A DNA stretch of 32,194 bases from a virus (lineage: Duplodnaviria; Caudoviricetes): positions 1-32,194 of IMG/VR virus record IMGVR_UViG_3300027566_000027. One strand, given 5' to 3'. Every line of letters starts with the position of its first letter. Positions within the stretch are counted from its first letter, which is position 1. Below the pieces are notes generated by a model. That model was not told the origin of the DNA, made no database searches, and saw nothing but the letters and a program-made list of their open reading frames with translations. The position numbers were made by a program, and so were the translations under genes. Of the stretch, positions 16,980 to 24,826 are shown one piece after another.

Positions 16980-17043
16980 GAAAAGGTCACAGATAGTTCA
17001 AAAGGAAGAACACTTATGACGATAAGAGACGTGCTTTTCTTTT
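16977..17043 (+). ncRNA. Putative tRNA-like small RNA 2 (D-arm + anticodon-like arm, no T arm)
   Basis: Closing stem AAAGAAAAG..CAC/GTGCTTTTCTTT; TA-GTTC AAAAGGAA GAAC A; CTTAT GACG ATAAG; AGAC; directly after promoter. Confidence 0.55.
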
Positions 17044-17071
17044 ATTTAATTTTTGAAAGGAGTGATTCACT

Positions 17072-17836
17072 ATGAACGGTAAAGGTTTTAAGAAGGCAAC
17101 CCAGGACATCGGACGAACTCTGGCCCGTAACTCACCCACGATTCTTACTGGTATAAGCGTTGCGGGCCTATTCACGACTGTCGGTATGGCAATAAATGCT
17201 ACACCAAAAGCGTATCAAATTTTAGGGGGAAAGGGATGGAGAAAAAGTCATCCTTCTAAGAAGGAAATCATCAAACTCACGTGGCGCTGTTATGTGCCAA
17301 CTATAATTATGGGCGGAGTAACGATCGCATGTGTCATAGGCGCAAATTCTATTAATCTCCGACGTAACGCCGCCCTAGCTAGTGCGTATTCGTTAACGGA
17401 AGTCGCACTCAAAGAATACCAATCAAAAGTCATTGAGACTATTGGGGTGGCGAAAGAACAGAAAATAAAGGATAGTATCGACGAGGATACAATCAATAAG
17501 AACCCCGTCAAAGATAGTGAGGTTATAATCACCGGTAAAGGGGAGATGCTTTGTTTTGAGACTATATCTGGACGATATTTCTATGATGATATAGAGAATA
17601 TACGTCGAATACAAAACGAATTAAACTTCGACCTCATGAATGACGGGTTTATTTCTATGAACGACGTGTATGAAAAACTCAACCTGCCATATTCTGATAT
17701 TGGCGAAGACCTCGGTTGGTATGCTAAGGACGGTCTTATGGAGTTCAGGTTCTCATCCCAGTTAACGACAAAAGGCGTACCATGTTTAGTTGTTGGGTAT
17801 CATCGTAAACCAGAATATAATCACCAAGATTATTAG
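17072..17836 (+). CDS. DUF6353-like phage protein (paralog of 22349-23290)
   Basis: NSPTILTGISVAG...ATPKA...YVPTIIMGGVTIACVIGAN...RRNAALASAY...SGRYF...LGW. Confidence 0.8.
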   Translation: MNGKGFKKATQDIGRTLARNSPTILTGISVAGLFTTVGMAINATPKAYQILGGKGWRKSHPSKKEIIKLTWRCYVPTIIMGGVTIACVIGANSINLRRNAALASAYSLTEVALKEYQSKVIETIGVAKEQKIKDSIDEDTINKNPVKDSEVIITGKGEMLCFETISGRYFYDDIENIRRIQNELNFDLMNDGFISMNDVYEKLNLPYSDIGEDLGWYAKDGLMEFRFSSQLTTKGVPCLVVGYHRKPEYNHQDY

Positions 17837-17866
17837 AAATAAGTTGTTGGGGAGGATATTATATAA

Positions 17867-18004
17867 ATGGAGGAGAGGAAAAAAGAAAAGGAAAACGAGG
17901 AGGACTCATCTGAATTAAGTCACATATTCACTAACATAACTTTATTTTGTATGTCGCTATGCGTTGTTGCTTTAACCGTAAAATTCATTTTATGGTTATT
18001 TTAA
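17867..18004 (+). CDS. 45-aa protein, charged N-terminus + C-terminal TM (not in ORF track)
   Basis: GGGGAGG RBS; MEERKKEKENEEDSSELSHIFTNITLFCMSLCVVALTVKFILWLF. Confidence 0.6.
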   Translation: MEERKKEKENEEDSSELSHIFTNITLFCMSLCVVALTVKFILWLF

Positions 18005-18071
18005 TAAAAATATAAATAGAAAGGATACATATTATAATTAATATATTGAAATTGAAGGAGGATTTAATATA

Positions 18072-18320
18072 ATGGAACCAAAACAAATTGATGAATTTAC
18101 TTTAACCGAGAAACTGATTAATACTGCACAAAATATTAATGAAATACGAGATGTTATCAGGCAAATTACTAAGAAAATAACTGGGCCTGAATTATCCAAA
18201 ACAGCTTGTACCTCCGAACCCTGGCCGCCGGAACTAAGTTTACATGAGTGGGCGGGTGATAATCTAAATCAGACCAGTTTCATACTCAGTGATCTAAGGG
18301 AGTTATCGCAGAGTATTTAA
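18072..18320 (+). CDS. Hypothetical protein
   Basis: TTGAAGGAGG RBS, 82 aa. Confidence 0.7.
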   Translation: MEPKQIDEFTLTEKLINTAQNINEIRDVIRQITKKITGPELSKTACTSEPWPPELSLHEWAGDNLNQTSFILSDLRELSQSI

Positions 18321-18321
18321 T

Positions 18322-18350
18322 TCGCGAAATTTACACACGGTATAATGAAA
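18322..18350 (+). promoter_or_regulatory. Repeated phage promoter copy 9
   Basis: TCGCGAAATTTACACACGGTATAATGAAA. Confidence 0.85.
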
Positions 18351-18383
18351 CCTAATAAACATATTTGAAGGGAGATAGGAATA

Positions 18384-18569
18384 ATGGAAAAGATTATGAA
18401 CGTATTGAACAGCAACAAAGGTATTATCAAAAAGGTAATCATTGGAGGAATAGTTGCAGTCGGACTAAAGTTAGTCGCGAATGCAGTTATGGGCTCAGGT
18501 GATGCTGATGAGGATTACATTGATGCTGAAGCAACAGTCATATCTGAAGAAGAAACTGAAGCCGAATAA
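18384..18569 (+). CDS. Single-TM protein with acidic tail
   Basis: TTGAAGGGAG RBS; KKVIIGGIVAVGLKLVANAVM then D/E-rich tail. Confidence 0.75.
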   Translation: MEKIMNVLNSNKGIIKKVIIGGIVAVGLKLVANAVMGSGDADEDYIDAEATVISEEETEAE

Positions 18570-18580
18570 ATATGAATAGG

Positions 18581-18620
18581 GAGAGGAGGGTGTTATGAAA
18601 AACATAGCACCTTCTTTTTC
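18581..18620 (+). terminator. Intrinsic terminator
   Basis: GAGGGTGTTATG AAAAA CATAGCACCTTC TTTTT. Confidence 0.7.
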
Positions 18621-18644
18621 ATTTCTTTAAAAGGAGGGCACATC

Positions 18645-19010
18645 GTGAAGAAGATATTAAGAAGGTTCGCTAAATCAATAGAAGGCCATTTCTCTATTGG
18701 TAATTTAACAGTATTTGGGGATAATGCTATGCATTTCGGTTGCCATTACTGGACGAAGAAGTATGGATATATTTGTTTTCGTTTACCTATCCCTTGTGGG
18801 ATTACCGATAAAATATCATATGGTCGGGGTATCTACTGGGTGCCGTTATATTTTTATATAAGTCCTAATGCTGCACTTTGGGGTGCAACATATGTCCTAG
18901 GACCTAGATTTACATATCAGGAGAAAACACAAGGAAAAAGCGAAAAAGATTGCTCGGCCATAACTTTCAATATGATTCTGAGAATGAGGATTTCAATTAT
19001 AAACTTTTAA
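18645..19010 (+). CDS. Hypothetical protein, possibly frameshifted near 18930
   Basis: AAGGAGG RBS + GTG; alternative-frame tail RKKRKRLLGHNFQYDSENEDFNYKLLKRINDC ends at 19030. Confidence 0.6.
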   Translation: MKKILRRFAKSIEGHFSIGNLTVFGDNAMHFGCHYWTKKYGYICFRLPIPCGITDKISYGRGIYWVPLYFYISPNAALWGATYVLGPRFTYQEKTQGKSEKDCSAITFNMILRMRISIINF

Positions 19011-19046
19011 AAAGAATTAATGATTGTTAATGAGAGGATTGATATA

Positions 19047-19259
19047 ATGAGTGACAATACAGTAGTTATACTATTAGTTTCTGGATATATAATTGGAGCC
19101 TTTGTCCTTCTCCTAGCAACAGCGGCTATAGTAAATCATATTTGGCCTTCATATAGAAAACGCATAATGCGTAACGCAGTCCTGAACCTCTACTCAAGTA
19201 ATAATGGATATAAAATCCCATATATTCCCGTAAACACCCGTGGTTTCTCGCAAAAATAA
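19047..19259 (+). CDS. Single-TM protein
   Basis: GAGAGG RBS then ATG 19047; long hydrophobic N-terminus. Confidence 0.6.
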   Translation: MSDNTVVILLVSGYIIGAFVLLLATAAIVNHIWPSYRKRIMRNAVLNLYSSNNGYKIPYIPVNTRGFSQK

Positions 19260-19276
19260 CACATTGTATAATGAAA
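19248..19276 (+). promoter_or_regulatory. Repeated phage promoter copy 10
   Basis: TCGCAAAAATAACACATTGTATAATGAAA. Confidence 0.85.
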
Positions 19277-19305
19277 GAAATTAAACGCTTGAAAGGAGTT
19301 TTAAC

Positions 19306-19566
19306 ATGAACAAAGTTGATATGGTAAAAGGAACATTAGGTTTGATAACTTCCATAGGAACAACGGCAATTATAGGAAATATAATAAAATCCACCTCAGA
19401 CAGCGAGGCAAATCCATTAACAAAGGTTTGTATTACGGTTGCAGGGATGGTATTTTGTGGTATGGCTGGTAAGATAGCGGCTGATCACGTGGAAAGTCAA
19501 GTCGATGAGGTTGTTAACGCATTCAACGATGTAGTAGCAAATGCTAAAGCTAAAACAGCAGTTTAA
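19306..19566 (+). CDS. Small membrane-associated protein
   Basis: TTGAAAGGAG RBS; two moderately hydrophobic Gly-rich helices. Confidence 0.75.
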   Translation: MNKVDMVKGTLGLITSIGTTAIIGNIIKSTSDSEANPLTKVCITVAGMVFCGMAGKIAADHVESQVDEVVNAFNDVVANAKAKTAV

Positions 19567-19571
19567 GTATC

Positions 19572-19600
19572 AAGAGAAGTAAGCAAATGCTTACTTTTTT
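19572..19600 (+). terminator. Intrinsic terminator
   Basis: AAGAGAAGTAAGC AAAT GCTTACTTTTTT. Confidence 0.75.
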
Positions 19601-19647
19601 ACTTTGACATAGATAATTTTGGTATTGATAAAAGGGAGGCATAAATA

Positions 19648-19785
19648 ATGGCATATTCATACATCAGTGAGGAGGAATATGATAAACTTTCAATGGAGAG
19701 TCAGAAACTTTATACTTGGTGTCCTGATTGTGAGCATTATTATGCCCATAAATTAGGACAATGTACTCATGAGAGTCTTAGATAA
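19648..19785 (+). CDS. 45-aa Cys/His (zinc-binding) peptide, paralog of 25395-25535 (not in ORF track)
   Basis: AAGGGAGG RBS; MAYSYISEEEYDKLSMESQKLYTWCPDCEHYYAHKLGQCTHESLR. Confidence 0.7.
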   Translation: MAYSYISEEEYDKLSMESQKLYTWCPDCEHYYAHKLGQCTHESLR

Positions 19786-19816
19786 AAACTAAATTTTGAA
19801 AGGAGGATCACTTATA

Positions 19817-20467
19817 GTGGATGATGGGAAAAAAATAGTTATGAATTACCCCGGAAACTCACACCGAAAACGTGGGGAGGAAAGAGAGAAACCGAAGAGG
19901 GAAAAGGTAGAAAAGATAATACGCGGGCATGTTGTAAAAAAGAAAAAATCATTCTTCAGAAAGCTCGCTGACACATTTCTTGGTTCTGATGTTCCCAGTG
20001 TATCAGGTTACATTATACATGATGTCCTTATCCCGGCGGCAAAAGACACCTTAGAAGATCTTGTTAAAGGAAGCATTGAGGTGTTATTGCGCGGGGAGAC
20101 GAGAGGATATCGAGGAGGTCGTGGTGGTAGTGGAGGAGGGGGCAGATCATATGTAAGATATGACAAAGCTTCGTATAGGAACGATAAGGAAGATAGACGT
20201 GAACCATCATCACGCAATCGTGCCCGACACAATTTTGATGATATAGTTCTTGACTCCCGAGGTGAGGCCGAGGAAGTTCTGAGCACTCTTGTTGATCTGG
20301 TGGAGGATTATGATGTAGCTAGCGTTGCTGATTTATATGATTTGGTCGGCATTGAGAGTTCATTTGTCGATACCAAATATGGTTGGACTAACCTATCCAG
20401 AGCATCTGTCAGCCGGGTAAGAGATGGATATTTAATCGATCTGCCTCGCGCATTACCGTTGGATTAG
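19817..20467 (+). CDS. Conserved phage protein with basic N-terminus and RG-rich linker (possible nucleic-acid binding)
   Basis: TTGAAAGGAGG RBS then GTG 19817; YPGNS...DVLIPAAKD...RGEAEEVL...SVADLYDLVG...YGWT. Confidence 0.8.
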   Translation: MDDGKKIVMNYPGNSHRKRGEEREKPKREKVEKIIRGHVVKKKKSFFRKLADTFLGSDVPSVSGYIIHDVLIPAAKDTLEDLVKGSIEVLLRGETRGYRGGRGGSGGGGRSYVRYDKASYRNDKEDRREPSSRNRARHNFDDIVLDSRGEAEEVLSTLVDLVEDYDVASVADLYDLVGIESSFVDTKYGWTNLSRASVSRVRDGYLIDLPRALPLD

Positions 20468-20476
20468 GAGGGTAAT

Positions 20477-20632
20477 ATGTTTCTATCTCAATTAATAAAG
20501 AAATGGCAGAATCGTAAGCGCGCAAAATCGCAAATAACACAGGAACAAAAACGATTAATGGCAGAATATATACGATTAAGAATCGAAGAAGAGTTTTATA
20601 CAGTGTTTGGATTACCTCTAAATTTAAAATAA
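20477..20632 (+). CDS. 51-aa basic peptide (not in ORF track)
   Basis: AGGAGG RBS; MFLSQLIKKWQNRKRAKSQ... Confidence 0.6.
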   Translation: MFLSQLIKKWQNRKRAKSQITQEQKRLMAEYIRLRIEEEFYTVFGLPLNLK

Positions 20633-20654
20633 AAGATTGAAAGGAGAAATCACT

Positions 20655-21002
20655 ATGATTAATATGAATAGAATTGGTAGGGTGCAATTATTGCATATGG
20701 TTATTGGCGTTATAATAGGCGCCGTTTTTGTTCATATAAAGAGGAATAAAGTAGGAAAATATAAAAAGAGACCTTTTCTGATATTCGACACTAAGAAAGA
20801 GGCCGAGGAAGTTCTGGCCAATCTTTTAGAACTAATCAAAGAATACAAGACAATCACGCTCTGTGATGTTTACGATTTAGTAGGCATTGAGAGTTCGTTC
20901 ATCGATACTAAATATGGTTGGACGGACATTAAAAAAGCAAGAATTAATCATGTGAGAGATCAATATCTGCTCATATTACCTAAAGCGATCCTGTTGGATT
21001 AG
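20655..21002 (+). CDS. TM-anchored paralog of the C-terminal domain of 19817-20467
   Basis: EAEEVL...YDLVGIESSFxDTKYGWT...VRDxYLxxLPxA.xLD shared. Confidence 0.8.
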   Translation: MINMNRIGRVQLLHMVIGVIIGAVFVHIKRNKVGKYKKRPFLIFDTKKEAEEVLANLLELIKEYKTITLCDVYDLVGIESSFIDTKYGWTDIKKARINHVRDQYLLILPKAILLD

Positions 21003-21018
21003 AGAGGTAATAAAAGTT

Positions 21019-21258
21019 ATGGAGCATATTGCTGTTAAATATGGTATTAGAACTATAAAGGTTACGGATAGGATAAAAATCGAGGAACTCCCCGAAGAAC
21101 TCGGACGACGGATAGCGGCAGATATGAGAGCGAAGATAGAAGAGAACATTTCCGGACTGTTCGGGGTGCCGTCCGAGATATTAAACAGAAATGAACATTA
21201 TTCGGAGGAATTTGAGATATTTAAACAGCATGTTATACCATCGGAGGTAAGAAAATGA
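21019..21258 (+). CDS. Hypothetical protein
   Basis: GAGAGG RBS; contains LFGVPSEIL. Confidence 0.65.
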   Translation: MEHIAVKYGIRTIKVTDRIKIEELPEELGRRIAADMRAKIEENISGLFGVPSEILNRNEHYSEEFEIFKQHVIPSEVRK

Positions 21259-21623
21259 ACAAAATATTAGAACTGCTTGGTAGTAAGTACGAAATGAGAG
21301 TACGTTTCGATAAGTATAGTGGGAGTTGCGGGAAATATATAGTTAGGGTTAGCAATGGTAAGGAAAATAGCCAAGTGAGTTTCCCCGCAATAGAAGCCGA
21401 GACCGCGCAACATGATGTCTTGTTATGCGCCGTTGAGCAATGTATCTTTAACTTTGAGATAGAAAACGTAATAGACAATAACAATTATAAAGAGACCGTG
21501 CTTAGTCCGTATGTTGAATATGTTAAGGCGTATGCTAAAAATCATGGGATATCTTTTGAGGCGGCTGCGAATCAACCTATGTGCAAGGCTCGGTTAGAGG
21601 TTTTTAATAAGACTGGAAAATAA
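21255..21623 (+). CDS. Hypothetical protein
   Basis: GGAGG RBS, ATGA overlap. Confidence 0.7.
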   Translation: MNKILELLGSKYEMRVRFDKYSGSCGKYIVRVSNGKENSQVSFPAIEAETAQHDVLLCAVEQCIFNFEIENVIDNNNYKETVLSPYVEYVKAYAKNHGISFEAAANQPMCKARLEVFNKTGK

Positions 21624-21642
21624 TAAAAGAGGAGAATAAATA

Positions 21643-22356
21643 ATGAATAATAAATGGATCTCTGTTACTGAGCGATTACCAGAGAAACCTGAGTATGACT
21701 GGGTGCTTGTACAAGTTAAAATTGTAGGCCAAGAGACCTATTATGGCGTGCCGTGTGTAGCGGAATTAAGGGATGGTGTATGGTATGCCGGTTGGTTCCG
21801 TACGCCCCTTGAGAAATATTGCGGGGTTAAGGTTACACATTGGATACCACTGCCACCGAAGCCGGACGAAAAACCCTCAGAGGTAATATCAAATTTATTA
21901 GGGACCAGATATAAGATGTCCCTTGAATTTCCAAATCCCGCTGGTTCCGATGTCCTCACTGTGACTGATAAAAAAACAGGTAAATCAGTAACACGGGTTT
22001 TTGGTAGTCGAGAGAGAGACTCTGATGAACTTTTAATAGAAGCTATAAAAAACTGTATAATCGGTCTAGAACAATCAACTAGGATTGAGCCGGAGACAGA
22101 ACCAAATATCCTTTATATCTGTGACCGGCGTGCCTGTAAAGAATGCAACATGTCTTGTACCCATACAAAAGATATTAATCATGCAAAATCTTTTGTTAAC
22201 CTTTTCGGTACTTTAACCGAACAAATCAAAAATCCTTATCAATATTTGCCGAGATTTACCCTTGAAACTGAAAAACCACTCCCAAATATGAGTTTATTAA
22301 AAAACGCATTTAAATTTCTAAAAAACGATTCGAAAGGGGAAAATAACAATGAATAA
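21643..22356 (+). CDS. DUF551-domain composite protein
   Basis: WISVTERLPE...VTHWIPLPPKP (DUF551 signature) plus a domain resembling 21255-21623 and a Cys-rich module. Confidence 0.75.
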   Translation: MNNKWISVTERLPEKPEYDWVLVQVKIVGQETYYGVPCVAELRDGVWYAGWFRTPLEKYCGVKVTHWIPLPPKPDEKPSEVISNLLGTRYKMSLEFPNPAGSDVLTVTDKKTGKSVTRVFGSRERDSDELLIEAIKNCIIGLEQSTRIEPETEPNILYICDRRACKECNMSCTHTKDINHAKSFVNLFGTLTEQIKNPYQYLPRFTLETEKPLPNMSLLKNAFKFLKNDSKGENNNE

Positions 22357-23290
22357 ATTAGACTTAATAAAGATATCCTTAACAAAAGCCGCTGGACGTA
22401 GCGGACTTATCCTGCAAAAATATAGTCCTGAGATCCTTACCACTGTTGGCGTGATCGGTCTGGTAGTTAGCACCGTTAAGATCTGTAAGATAACCACCAA
22501 GGCTGAGGAGATTCTTAATGAGACCCGAAAAGATATTGATGTCTTAAAAGAAGTTAAAAACAGCCCCGAGGCTTATACAGAGAACGAAAATGGGAAAATA
22601 ATCTACTCAGACGCCGATTACAGAAAAGATCTGACCATTGTTTATTCCAAATCTGCCGTGTCTCTGATTAAATTGTACGCTCCGGTCATCACTCTTGGCG
22701 TTGCCTCTGTCGCTTGTATATATGGTGCTAACCATATTATGCGTAAACGTAACATCGCACTAATGGCGGCATACAAAGCGATTGAACAGGGTTTCACCAG
22801 CTACCGCAACCGCGTAATCGAAGAATTTGGCGAGCATAAGGATTACCAATACAGGCATGGCATTCATGAGGAGCAGGTTACCGTTATTAAAGAGGACGAA
22901 AACGGTAAAAAAAAGAAAGTTAAAGAGACTTTAGAGGTCGTCGATCCGAATGGAATCAGTCAATATGCCCGTTGGTTTGATGAGGGTTGTGATCAATGGA
23001 AGAAAGATCCTCAGTACAATCTCCTCTTTCTTAAGAACTCCCAGCGGTGGGCTAACGATTTACTCCAGGCTCGTGGACACGTATTCTTAAATGAAATATA
23101 TGACATGTTAGGATATGAACGGACAAAGGGTGGCGCAGTAGTCGGTTGGGTTATAAATGATGAGGGAGACAATTATGTTGATTTCGGTTTATATGACGAT
23201 CGGCAAGGCGCCCATAACTTCATTAATGGTGATGAACGATCAATTCTATTAGACTTCAACGTAAATGGGATTATCTACGACTTGATTTGA
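22349..23290 (+). CDS. DUF6353-like phage protein
   Basis: KYSPEILTTVG...KLYAP...KRNIALMAAY...SQYARWFDE...GHVFLNEIYDMLG...VVGW...LLDFNVNGIIYDLI. Confidence 0.85.
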   Translation: MNKLDLIKISLTKAAGRSGLILQKYSPEILTTVGVIGLVVSTVKICKITTKAEEILNETRKDIDVLKEVKNSPEAYTENENGKIIYSDADYRKDLTIVYSKSAVSLIKLYAPVITLGVASVACIYGANHIMRKRNIALMAAYKAIEQGFTSYRNRVIEEFGEHKDYQYRHGIHEEQVTVIKEDENGKKKKVKETLEVVDPNGISQYARWFDEGCDQWKKDPQYNLLFLKNSQRWANDLLQARGHVFLNEIYDMLGYERTKGGAVVGWVINDEGDNYVDFGLYDDRQGAHNFINGDERSILLDFNVNGIIYDLI

Positions 23291-23402
23291 GAGAGGGATG
23301 GATTGAATGCGGTTGGTTCGGGATGCTTTGAACGAGATATCCTGGACTACCCGCATTTGTATTTGCATGGCTATGGACGTCTTTAAAAGAAAGGAAAATA
23401 TT

Positions 23403-23570
23403 ATGCTTAAAATTACATTTAAAAAGTGTTGCAATGCGTGCTTGCATAGAGTAACCAATGTCAAAGAAGATAAAATATATAGTGATAATAAGGTATTTGA
23501 TGTTATCACGACGATAAGTTGCGAACATGAACAAGTCTGTGGGCGTTATAATAACGATAAAGGAGAATGA
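23403..23570 (+). CDS. Small Cys-rich protein
   Basis: AAAGGA RBS then ATG 23403; CCNAC...CEHEQVC. Confidence 0.6.
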   Translation: MLKITFKKCCNACLHRVTNVKEDKIYSDNKVFDVITTISCEHEQVCGRYNNDKGE

Positions 23571-23939
23571 ATGATGAGTGGAGATACTATGTATGGAATC
23601 TGTCAAGTATGTGGAAAAAAAGGTGCGTTAGAACGAACTTATTTCCGGTATCCAACGATGCCCTGCGAATGCCATAATGGCAGACATTCTTATTTAGTAG
23701 ACCACCATCCGGAATGCAAACCAAGGGAGGCCTTATATCAAAATGTGTCACTCTCAAAAGAAACCCTTAAAAATCCGGTACCATTAGCAGTTGATATTCT
23801 AAAGAAAGCATCTGTTGATAAAGAACCTGGGAGTTATTATGATTCGTGGGTGAGTAATATTGCTTGCTGTATTATGGATCAATTTTCGGGTGTACCCGAT
23901 GCCCACGAAAAAGCTTTTCTTGATCTATTATATAAATAA
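23571..23939 (+). CDS. Cys/His-rich hypothetical protein
   Basis: AAGGAG RBS; CQVC...CECH...HHPEC. Confidence 0.7.
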   Translation: MMSGDTMYGICQVCGKKGALERTYFRYPTMPCECHNGRHSYLVDHHPECKPREALYQNVSLSKETLKNPVPLAVDILKKASVDKEPGSYYDSWVSNIACCIMDQFSGVPDAHEKAFLDLLYK

Positions 23940-23963
23940 CTAATCCCTTGAGAGGAGTTGAAA

Positions 23964-24125
23964 ATGGATCAAAATGAGATTGTCGTGATTTATTGTGGAC
24001 CCTGCCGTCGTCAATTGAAATGTCATAAACCTTGTCGTACGGTATTAAAGATGATGGATGAAAATTATTCGCTGACCGAAAAAGAGAAAACAAAAATTAA
24101 AACCAAGATGGATAGGCGTATTTAA
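23964..24125 (+). CDS. 53-aa Cys-rich peptide (not in ORF track)
   Basis: GAGGAG RBS; YCGPCRRQLKCHKPC. Confidence 0.6.
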   Translation: MDQNEIVVIYCGPCRRQLKCHKPCRTVLKMMDENYSLTEKEKTKIKTKMDRRI

Positions 24126-24156
24126 ATATAATAAATTCTTGAAAGGAGAATGAAAA

Positions 24157-24264
24157 ATGGGAAAACAATCATGTGGAGGTATCATGTTTGACTTTGTTAT
24201 GACTATACTCACCAGTGGTCTTTGGTTAATTTGGGTGTTGATTAGATTCTTACGGGAACATTAA
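24157..24264 (+). CDS. 35-aa membrane peptide (not in ORF track)
   Basis: TTGAAAGGAG RBS; MGKQSCGGIMFDFVMTILTSGLWLIWVLIRFLREH. Confidence 0.75.
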   Translation: MGKQSCGGIMFDFVMTILTSGLWLIWVLIRFLREH

Positions 24265-24265
24265 G

Positions 24266-24550
24266 ATGTACAGAGTCTCGCATGAAGAATATGATCAAGT
24301 GTGTGAGAAGTATTATGAGATGCTCGATGCCCTTCTCGACCTCGGGTATGATCTGGACGACAGCATCACGCTCGAATATGATCCTGATCGGAATATATTT
24401 ATTGATCTATCGTTTGGTCATGTGGTAAATAATATATACGATTTATTAAAACCATGGCAGATATATCTGTTCAAACACTACAAGAGAGACTATATCTTTC
24501 CTGATGTCACCGATAGGTTCCTTGTAGAGTTGTATTGGCCTGATAACTAA
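24266..24550 (+). CDS. Hypothetical protein, paralog of 25522-25803
   Basis: Shares YD...NIFxD...IYxLLxPWQxxLFKxYK...FPxVTxxFLVEL. Confidence 0.75.
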   Translation: MYRVSHEEYDQVCEKYYEMLDALLDLGYDLDDSITLEYDPDRNIFIDLSFGHVVNNIYDLLKPWQIYLFKHYKRDYIFPDVTDRFLVELYWPDN

Positions 24551-24826
24551 CTCTTGAAAGGAGGAATGTGATATGGGACCGCATGTTAAAGATATAATTG
24601 ATAAGATTATGGCTCTTCTGGACAGAGAGGGAGTCTCTTTTCCTTGGATATTTGTAGCCGAGAATGTAGATGTAAACGGAATAAAGATTTTTTCATCAGC
24701 TACTAACCTAGACATTAATGCTATGCCTATAGGTAATACTGACATTGAGAATATTTATCGTTATATTTCCGACATTCATCATGATGTTGATAACTAACTC
24801 TTGAAAGGAGAAATGTGATATGGGAC
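24541..24826 (+). repeat. 39-bp direct repeat pair (24541-24579, 24788-24826) flanking one gene
   Basis: TGATAACTAACTCTTGAAAGGAG(G/A)AATGTGATATGGGAC, one mismatch. Confidence 0.9.
24573..24797 (+). CDS. Hypothetical protein between direct repeats
   Basis: TTGAAAGGAGG RBS; 74 aa. Confidence 0.7.
   Translation: MGPHVKDIIDKIMALLDREGVSFPWIFVAENVDVNGIKIFSSATNLDINAMPIGNTDIENIYRYISDIHHDVDN

Noticed and set aside
15415-17043. Canonical tRNA genes
   Set aside because: No T-arm GTTCRA, no proper acceptor end/CCA; reported only as tRNA-like RNAs.
12590-19276. CRISPR array interpretation of the repeated 29-bp motif
   Set aside because: Spacing is irregular (about 180 to over 1500 bp), copies are degenerate, contain TATAAT and flank genes; no cas genes.
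12884-20654. ORF-track starts reading MKG... (12884, 15081, 19796, 20637)
   Set aside because: The TTG is part of the TTGAAAGG RBS motif; real starts are the downstream ATG/GTG.
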